A stretch of DNA of 64,000 nt from Rhynchopus sp. YZ270_cl-10 (lineage: Eukaryota), in assembly GCA_964035575.1 (NCBI GenBank), contig OZ037842.1:434001-498000 (forward strand), given 5' to 3'. Below the pieces are notes generated by a model. The model ran no database searches and was not told where the DNA came from. It was given only the letters and a program-made list of their open reading frames with translations. Positions 1 through 9,100 of the stretch are shown piece by piece. Both the position numbers and the translations under genes were made by a program. Positions within the stretch are counted from its first letter, which is position 1. Every line of letters starts with the position of its first letter.

Positions 1-266
1 AAAGTTGTGAAACCAGAATAGCACCAGAATAGGTAACTAGATGAATCAGGAAAGGGAAAAGGAAAGGGAAAGGGACAGGCAACGGAAGAAAGAACGTTTG
101 AAAGATGCAAACTGGGTCAACAGAACAACAAAAAATCCCCGCACCCAGAATACAGTGCTGTGAAGCTTGCAGTATCAATGAATATGAAAACCAAATAAAG
201 CAAAAGAAAAACTAACACAACTACGCATAACGCAAAAAAGCATCAAAAAAGAAGACGAAAGGTGGA

Positions 267-297
267 AAGATGAATGTGCGTCTCACGCACACATCTT
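267..297 (+). repeat. Exemplar of dispersed hairpin family B (AAGATGAATGTGC-loop-GCACACATCTT)
   Basis: Copies also near 2460, 20668, 23083, 32996, 39519, 40525, 41550 and 42198. Confidence 0.82.
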
Positions 298-1650
298 GGA
301 GAACGAAAGGTTGGGAATATTTTCTTCCACTGAACCGGAGGCTGAGAAAAAATAATCTTACGCAGACACATTTGCATTTTTTTTTTCCCACTACGGAATG
401 ATGCATTTTATTTTAGTTTATTTTGTGTCGGCACAGAACAGATCGTTAAATATATCGGACCTTACCCCGCTGTAACAAGAGTTTGCATGGGTTTGTGTCC
501 TTCTCGTTAGATTTCTTTTTTTTTTTTTTTCTCACTGTAACCTCCCACGAGGTGTGACGCTGACTCCCGGTAATTTTCGGCAGCCGCGCTAATGAATTGA
601 TTTTTTTTTTAGTGACCAAACAATCAGAGAGATAGCGCTGTCCTGACTTGCTATGTGTCACCCGTGTCTCACAATAAATGATTAAGATATTCTTTTCAAT
701 CGAAAGATGGAGTTTTGTCCACCACAATAAAAAAAAAACACTGCAGTGCCGTACGTTTGCCTCCCTTTTGAAAAAGATACTAGAGACCCGATATCTTTGA
801 AGGCGGGCTTGTGGCAGTGGTACTGTACTGTATGCAGGAGGTTTAGTTTCGTTTTATAGATATACTTTTTTGTGTCAATATCAAGGAAATAATGACGCAT
901 ACGGAAGCAGGGGTGCTGCATTTCGCATAAAGGAGGAAACAAGAAGGTGCAAGATTATTTTTTTTTTTTGTTGTATCGACAATCACCAAGTAATCCCACC
1001 AGGTGGGAGAATTCGGTTCTGTATTCAATGCTGGCCGAAGCCTTTGTACTTTTTTTGCTGTGTCGACAATCACTTCGCTCCAAAAACGGAACAAAGTTCT
1101 GTACTCAAAGTTGGCTTTGTATTTTTTTTTTGAAAGAATGGCGATAAAGCCCTCTCATGTCTTGCCACCTACGAAAAAAGAAAAAGAAGAAAAAGAAAGT
1201 TAATAATATGAACCCAATTCTAGTCACCTAACTAAAGCTGACAGTAGAAAAACAAACAAACGCCTCTGCTGAGCTCTCTGTAGTTATGGACAAAAAAGGG
1301 GACCGATGGATGTGTTTCCATAATATCCCTTACTCATCTGCTTGACTTAAAACTGCAAGGCAAGCAGCGAGCAACTTCAACCAAAAAAAGACATACAAGG
1401 AAACACACCCCGATCACCTCACACACTTCAGTTGCAAGTCAAGGCGTCCACAAAATAAAAAAACATAAAACCACAGAACAAAATAATGGGTTGTGCAAAA
1501 AAAATACAATTGCAAGACGCATAAGACTCACGTTCATACACAACTTTGCTTTAGATACAGTCTTAGAGCAAACATCGGAGGGTCAATAACTAAAGTGAAT
1601 TTTTTTTCTCAGATTTCTAAAATGCTAAAAGGAGGGATGTATTGGACCTA

Positions 1651-2197
1651 CGATGCTATTGCGGTAAAAATTATCGACCGTAAAAAAGGTCGAACTTCCA
1701 GAAAAAAAATCCTGAAAAGGTCGAACATCATGGATGTCCAAAGTACTTGAAGTACTTTTTTCGGATTTTTTATGGTACTTGAAGTACTTGACCCCCCTTT
1801 TTTTTCCTCTCAAAATGACAGTCAAGTACTTGAAGATTGATCAAGTACTTGACAGAAATCAAGTACTTGATACCCTATTTTTTTTTCTCGTACTTTTTTA
1901 CTTTTTTACCCTCTGGCAGAGTCTGTCAAGTACTTGTTTTCGCAAAAAAAACGTCAAGTACTTGATCAAGTACCCACTTTTTTTTTGTACTTGATCAAGT
2001 ACTTGACGTTTTTTTTTGTGAAAAAAGTACTTGACAGAGGGAGAACAAGTAAAAAAGTACTAGAAAAAAAAATAGGGTGTCAAGTACTTGAAGTATCAAG
2101 TATTGGATTTTTTGGGGATCAAGTACTTGATATACTTCAAGTACTTTGGACATCCATGGAACATTATTACGGTCGATAATTTTTTTTACGAATACGG
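1651..2197. mobile_element. Foldback/MITE filled with AAGTACTT palindromes
   Basis: Inverted ends AAAATTATCGACCGTAA and CATGGATGTCCAAAGTACTTGAAGTA, with roughly 20 (CA)AGTACT(TG) copies. The right end TACGG|TA is Tc1/mariner-like; the left end is degenerate. Confidence 0.8.
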
Positions 2198-2656
2198 TAC
2201 ATTCAATGAACTGAGACATGAAAAAAAAAAGGGATCAACAAAAATGTTCCCTTCTTGTTTACAGAACAAAATAACCACTGAAAAGGCGGTACACACCAAA
2301 GAAGAAAAAAAAAAAAAAAAAAACAGACTCTGAACAGAACTCGCAAGAGAGAGAGAGAGAGAAAGAGTAGTAGAGCGAAGTGCTTTTGAAAAAAGATGTG
2401 TGTTTTTTTGTGTGTAATTTTCGTTATTTTCCTCTGGCAAAAAGGGGAAAAATAGTTAAAAGATGAAGCCCGTGCACGCACATCTTTCAAAAAAAGTATT
2501 TCAACAATTGCATTCAATAAATTGATGGCAAAATAAAAATGATAAAACGTGATAGATGAGCCTGAGCTGTACATAGTCGCCTTGAAAAAAAAATTTATAG
2601 TGGCGTTCATCCTCGGATGTCTGCACTAATACAACCAAGTTTTCAAAATAAAAGAG

Positions 2657-2704
2657 AAGTTAAAAGTGCAAACGCCTCACCGTTCATCGGCGGACGCAGG
2701 CACT
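2657..2704 (+). repeat. Exemplar of dispersed hairpin family C (AAGTTGAAAGTGCAAACGCCTC-loop-GGACGCAGGCACT)
   Basis: Copies also near 20423, 21672, 23112, 26203, 39938, 40459, 43060 and 63884. Confidence 0.85.
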
Positions 2705-2730
2705 AGTAGTGTTCTCAATGAAAAGTTGAG

Positions 2731-2765
2731 AAGATGACCCTAAGCCTCTCGTGCTTAGTCACCTT
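2731..2765 (+). repeat. Exemplar of dispersed hairpin family A (AAGATGA.CCTAAGC-loop-GCTTAGTCACCTT)
   Basis: Clear copies also near 20370, 21211, 23327, 31775, 32808, 47829, 49094, 49322, 50790 and 51012. Confidence 0.88.
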
Positions 2766-3146
2766 ATACAAAAAGAGGCAATACGATGTGACAAAAGGAC
2801 AGACACGTATCCTTTAAAATAGTAACTCTGATAGGTAAGTAAAAGGAAAAAAGGTTTTTTCGTTGATTGCTCAATTACCCTGTTTGAGGGGTGATTGGCG
2901 ACCGTATCTGAGGAACTATTTCTCCTTTAAGCTACGCTTGTAGGAATAAAAAAAAAATACACTAAAGAAAAAAGAGGTGATGAAACATTACAAACTCTAT
3001 GTATTATTTGTTGATTTCATGTGATTTGGCAGAATTTACACAAAGAAAAGTCCTCTCGCTTATCAGGGACTCACTCGTGGAGGGGGTAGGAGGTAGGGGG
3101 TATACTGGGTGAAGGGAGTTAGCTTATTAGCAGATTTTTGGTGCTA

Positions 3147-3278
3147 TCCGGGGGGGCGGGGTTTCACAACTTTTCACAAAATTTCAATCCTGTTCACAAC
3201 GTTTCACAACTTTTCATAACGGTGTGGGTACATAGTTGTGAAACGTTGTGAAAAGTTGTGAAACCTCGCCCCCCCGGA
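3147..3278. mobile_element. Small MITE with TTCACAAC repeats
   Basis: TCCGGGGGGGCGGGGTTTCACAACTTTTCACAA is inverted at the other end. Confidence 0.75.
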
Positions 3279-4128
3279 CCAAGATTGCAATTTTTTTTTT
3301 GAGGGGGGTTTTTTTTTTGCAATCATAGGGGGTCAGGGCCAGGCCTAATGCTAACCGTTGGTTCGTCGGTTCACTTTTATTTATTTTTTTTTTTTTATCC
3401 GTTGGTTCGTCGGTTCACCCTTAAAAATGGGGGTTTTTTGGGATGGGGGGTTCTCTGCCTGTGGTATGCCGTGGGTACCTTGGTCCTGGAGATGTGGGCG
3501 CCTGCGCCCGCATCTTCAGGAGGAAGGGAGATTAAAAGAAGGACACAGCGGTGCATACTGCGGCCCACCACTGGGTTCAAGGAGGAGGAGGGTCTGTCAG
3601 TCGACGAGACATCGAGTGTTGGAGAAGTTCTGAGCTCTGATACAGAGAGCGGTGTTGCATCTGTTGATGTTAAAGAGGAAAGCGAAGATGGCGATTGCGA
3701 TGGCGGTGGCAGTGACGATGGAGACTTGTTTCAGGGATTCAATGATGCACCCCCCTTGCCGGCAAAAATAAAAAAAGTAGCCTACCGTGCGCCTGCGGCG
3801 CAGCTCAAAACCTGGCAGCCCACAGCCCTCTACCATAGTTTGGCTGTAAAAATGTTCGGTTTTAGGTCACAATTTTTGAAATGTTGCGTACCGTGGCTTC
3901 GCCAGAAAGTTTTGATGTCAATCGCCGTTTCTTCTTGTACTGAGGGAAGGTTTGGTTCACTAGAGAGAACCTAGTGCGACGGCTTGACGTGGAAAAACGT
4001 GAGAAAAGGGTTGGTTTGGTTCTTGATGTACGTTACCATCCCACGTCATCACGTATTTACGCAAAATGAACGGACCTTTTCGCGCGGAGCGCAAAAAATT
4101 TTTGTTGACCCCTTTTTGGACATATCTT

Positions 4129-4841
4129 CCACCTGATTTGCAAAAAACGGCAAACCCTCCCAACGCCTCCCAACGCCCTCCCAACACCTCCCAACACCCC
4201 TCCAATTTAGCCCGAATTTTGGGATTTTTTTTTTTTGGGGGTGTTCTGTACCCCCTTCTGGAGGGGTTCCAGGGTGGGGTCCCGGTTCCAAGTCAAACAA
4301 AAGAATAGTGGCAAAGGCAAAGTGGAAATTTGGGAAAAAAGCGAAAAATGTATTAATTTAGATGCCCTCCAAGGGAAAATCCCGACCTCTGGTACTGTAC
4401 TGCTACTGTGTACTGTGTACTGTGTACTGTGTACTGTGTACTGTGTACTGTGTACTGTGTACTGTGTACTGTGTACTGTGTACTGTGTACTGTGTACTGT
4501 GTACTGTGTACTGTGTACTGTGTACTGTGCGGAAATTGACCAAAAACGAGAACTGTACTGTACTGTGTATACTGTGTATACTGTGTATACTGTGCAGTGT
4601 GAGAAAATTGATCATGTATGTACTCAGAACTTGTCCATTTCGGCAAATTGACCCCACCACAGCGAGGACGGATTCCGGAAATGACAATGCAGGTGTTTAA
4701 AAACTTCACCAACGAGAAAAAGGCACACGCCGGTGGGAAAAAAAAGTGCCTCACCTCCCAACGCCCGCCAACGCCTCCCAACGCCCGCCAACACCTCCCA
4801 ACGCCTCCCAACACCTCCCAACACCCAGCTAGTTCAGGTGG
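4129..4841. mobile_element. CCACCTG-family element with 5-bp TSD ATCTT
   Basis: Termini CCACCTGA / TCAGGTGG, ATCTT on both sides, and CCTCCCAAC arrays near both ends. Confidence 0.75.
4392..4596 (+). repeat. (TACTGTG)n minisatellite
   Basis: About 18 perfect 7-mers followed by 9-mer variants. Confidence 0.97.
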
Positions 4842-5220
4842 ATCTTCACGATTTTGGGGAAATTTTTTTTTCATGAAGATGAGCGAAAACCCTGGACCCC
4901 TTCCCGGAGGGAAATTTTTTTTTTTCGCTTTTTTTTTTTTTTTCACGGGTCAGGAAAGATCTTTTTTTTTTTTTTTTTTTTTCGAGAAAAAAAATCCTCT
5001 TCTCCCGAAAAAAAAAAAAAAAAAAAAGATTTTTGGGAGAAAAAAAAAATTATTAAATTAAAAATTTTTCAGGGTGCACGTGAGGGGAGGCGGCAAGGGT
5101 CTCTAGTGTCTCTGGTGGTCGCTGGGGTGTCTCCGCTGGGCTCTGTGGTTGGCTGTGCGCCGGGTGCGGTGGTTGCGGGTGTTGTGGGCGGTGGTGCATG
5201 GTCGCTCACCGTAGGGTGTA

Positions 5221-5741
5221 GCAGCAGCAACAGCAGCTACAGCAACAGCAGCAACAGCAACAGCAGCAGCAGCAACAGCAGCAACAACAGCAGCAGCAAC
5301 AGCAGCAGCAGCAACAGCAGCAACAACAGCAGCAGCTACAGCAGCAGCAGCAACAGCAGCAGCAGCAACAGCAGCAGCAGCAACAGCAGCAACAACAGCA
5401 ACAACAGCAACAACAGCAGCAGCTACAACAGCAACAACAGCAACAACAGCAGCAGCTACAGCAGCAGCAGCAGCTACAGCAACAGCAGCAGCAGCATCAG
5501 CAGCAACAACAGCAACAACAGCAGCAGCTACAGCAACAGCAACAGCAGCAACAACAGCAACAACAGCAACAACAGCAACAACAGCAGCAGCTACAGCAAC
5601 AGCAGCAGCAGCATCAGCAGCAACAACAGCAACAACAGCAGCAGCTACAGCAACTGCAGCAGCAACAGCAGCTACGGCAACAACAGCAGCAGCAACAGCA
5701 ACAACAGCAACAACAGCAGCAGCAACGGCTACAGCAGCAAC
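5221..5741 (+). repeat. Imperfect (CAG/CAA)n trinucleotide array
   Basis: About 520 bp of AGC/AAC triplets with occasional TAC/ATC variants. Confidence 0.97.
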
Positions 5742-6185
5742 ATCTTCAGGCGCGTGTGTGTGCGAAGGCGAGGTGCGGAGGCGTCGGTTGGTCAGGTTGG
5801 GAGCTGGGGGGCGCGGGATGTTCCTGGTTCCGTCAGTGGGTGTGGGGTCGTAGGGCCTGGTGTTGTGTGGGCCTTGATGGTCTGCCACGTCGCGGCGTTG
5901 CTCCGTGCCCTCCTTGCCGACACCCTCTCGTGGAAGGAGCCCTGCCGACGTCGCCGTCGCCGTCGCCGCAGATGGATTGCTCGGAACCCCTGGTGTCAGG
6001 GTCTCCGTCTGATGTGTCGGTGCTCCCTGTCTGGGGTCCGTCGTTGCGTCGCGTGGGGGCATTGCCCGCAAGACAACCCTCCACTGGCAGGCTCCCGTCG
6101 CCGCAGCAGAGCGCTGTTCCGCATGCGTCATGTTGGCAGAGACAGAGTAGGGCGGTGCCGTCACGTCTGGGCGGGCCCAGGTGCC

Positions 6186-9100
6186 ATGAGAGGTGGGAAC
6201 GAACAGGATGCCCAGGTGGATGCTGAACGAGAGAGGGTTGACGCTTTCCTGAGCTCCATTTCCCAAGGAGCCGCAGTCCGCGTCCCTAACTCCGAGTCGG
6301 ACAATTGCCTCTTTGTCTCGCTGTTCCAGGCTCAGACCAGGAACAGGCCGCCCCCTACGGCTGCTGAGTGTACTGAGCTTCGTGAGCTGTTTGCCGACAG
6401 AGCCGTTGAGACCCGTGCACAGGGTGAAGTGATGTTGGGTGGGCAGAAGCAGTTGGATGCGTACGTCGCAGGGCTCAGAGGTGACGCCTGGGGAGACCAC
6501 TTCGCCATCCACCTTGCGGCGAACGTGTGGCGGGAGAACATCCTCGTGGTGCAGTGTGGTGAGAACCCTGTGGTGCGCATCCGGGCAACGCGGCTGTCCA
6601 CAAAAGAAGTCGCGAGGACGAGGGTCATCACTCGGGTGGGCAATCACTTCGACGCGGTGTACGCCGACAACGACGCTATCGAGTTGCTCACAGCAGGGGC
6701 TCCCTACTCCCTGCTCAACCCCGACACCATTGCCGCGCATCCGTTGGCAGCGATCACTGCAGATTCCACCGCCTCTTGCTCCCTCGACCCCCCAGCGCAG
6801 GGTTATTACTGCCCCCTGCCTCACTGCTCGGGCTCCAAGATCCACAGGAGCGCGGAGTTTAAGCACCGCAAGCTGCGGGATCACTTGCAGGAGCACGCCC
6901 AGCAAGGCGACATCCTGCCTGCAGCCGACCTCCGCCGCCTGAAGTTCACGCAGTGCGTGCGGTGCGGGGACGTCCTCCCCATAAAGGCCAAGGATGGGAC
7001 ATGCTTCTCGTGCAGGGGGGCGACCGCACCATCCGCTGTTCCGCCCATCCGAAAGAGGTCCCAGCAGGAAGTAGACGACGATCGCCTTCTTCCGTCTGCG
7101 CATGACATCGCCGTAAGCCGCTCCCGTGTCATGGAGTTCATCCCGGACTACATGCTTCGTGCAGTGACGGAGGCGGTGAACATAGCACTCTTGGACATCG
7201 CAGCCAACGCTAAGGACCTGTCCGCGTGGAACCGGTTCGGCATGCTGTGGAAAACGCTCCTCCGCACTCGCCGAAGTGGCAAGACGAAGAAGAAGCGCAT
7301 GCGAGAGAAGCGCATCGAAGACTTGGAGCGGTGGGAGAAAGGCGAGTTATCCGCACTGTGGCGGGACGCGCAGGCTCAGGTGCCGGGGAGACGAGCAGAG
7401 CAAGAGGCCCCCATATTTGAGGATCTGGAACGGGCGTGCGTCGCTGAAGCTCGGAAGGGTCGTCCCGCCGCAGCCTTCTCCCGTCTCTCTTCGTCGGGAC
7501 TCGCCCCGGACTCTGAAGCCACACTGCAAGCTCTGCGGGCCAAGCACCCTCCGCCCCCATCCAAAGTGGAGTTAGGCCCGGCTTTGGTGAAGCCCGCCAC
7601 CCCAGATGACTTGACCCCTGCGCAGGTGCTGGCACTGGTGAAACGCATGCCGCGAGGCACTGCTGCAGGTCCTTCCGGCCTCCGTGCGGACCACCTCAAG
7701 CAGATGCTGAATGAGAGTGACGTCAACATCCTACCGGCCTTGACTCACGTGCTCAACGCAGTCCGCGCAGCCAGAGTCCCCGACGAAGTCACTCCTTTCC
7801 TGGCTGGGGCCCGTTTGATGGCGCTCCCCAAAGGTGCCAACGATGTCCGTCCGATCGCAGTGGGTGAAACTCTCCGTAGGCTGGCAGCGAAATCGTATGC
7901 AGCTGATGTGAAGAAGCAAGCGAAGGACATTCTGCTCCCTGGTAAGCAGGTGGGGGTAGGGGTGGAAGGTGGCATCGAGGCAGCGACAGAGACAGTCCGG
8001 GACTTCGCTTTCCGTCACATCGGCCAGGACAAAGTAGTGCTGAAGATTGACTTCAGCAATGCGTTCAACACTGTGTGCCGCAACACCTTGCTGAATCAGA
8101 CGCGCGCACACCTCCCTAAGCTGTCCCGTTTTGTGGAGTGGTGCTACGTGTATCCGTCCTCCCTGGTGTACGGTGAAGTAGTGGTGCAATCGCAGTCCGG
8201 TGTGCAGCAAGGTGACCCGCTAGGCCCCCTTCTCTTCTCTCTGGTGGTGAAGGGCTTGACGGAAACGGTTCGCGACCTGCCGGGGGTGGATCTGTCGGTT
8301 TGGTACCTGGATGACGGGACGCTCATGGGATCGCCTGCGGCAGTTGCGAAAGCCTTTGAAGTACTAAAGTCGGAGAGCCTGAAGTTGGGGCTATCGGTGA
8401 ATTCCTCCAAATGCGAACTCATCCCCCTCGGAGGTGAGAAGAACCACACTGATGCCGTCCTCCAGGATGCAGGATTTGCCGTGGCGGACCTGAAGGTGCT
8501 CCGAGAGGGATTCAGCTTTCTGGGGGCCCCCATCGGCACTAACGAGTACTGCGACGAGTTCATGGAGAGCACGATGCTTGAATTCTCGAAGAAACTCCGC
8601 CTGCTGGGTAAACTGGGAGATGCTCAGGTGGCTCTGTCTCTCTTGCGCCACTGTGAAGGATTTTGCAAAACTGTCTTCTACATGCGGGCCCTTCGTCACC
8701 AAGGGGATCACAAGTGGCTGGACAAGTACGACAAGGAGGTGGACCGGGTGCTGGCACAGATTCTGAGTTCGCCAGGGTCGGACCCGGACGCATTGATGCC
8801 GGATGCGGCTCGAGTGCAAGCTGCCCTCCCCGTGCGTATAGGGGGCTTGGGGGTGCGCCGTGCATACGACCACTGGACCGCTGCCGCTATGGGAGCTGCT
8901 AGTGGCACCTTCGATTTATGCAAGCACCTGGACAAACACTACCGTTGGGATGCTGGAGGGTGGAGCCACACTGCCACCCGGTACAATGAGCTTGTGGACG
9001 CCGATGCCCGCGTGAACCCAGAGGAACAGCCCCAGCAAATCCTCAAACAGCGTGATCTGTCTGCCCCGATCATCACACGTCAAGTGTCTGAGTTGCGCGA

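Noticed and set aside
2731..2765. Hairpin families as SECIS elements or box C/D or H/ACA snoRNAs
   Set aside because: No tandem GA quartet partner, no box D (CTGA), no consistent ACA/AGA tail, and too short.
3348..3974. 208-aa ORF with an acidic stretch as a transposase
   Set aside because: It spans TIR and repeat motifs and has no catalytic motifs; at most a remnant.
4854..6185. N-terminal 444 aa of the 2280-aa ORF call
   Set aside because: It starts at a non-ATG codon in homopolymer-rich flank and runs through a microsatellite, so it is not supported as the true start.
5103..7103. 666-aa minus-strand ORF with poly-Ala/Val
   Set aside because: Antisense shadow of the GC-rich retroelement ORF and the CAG/CAA array; no domain-like content.
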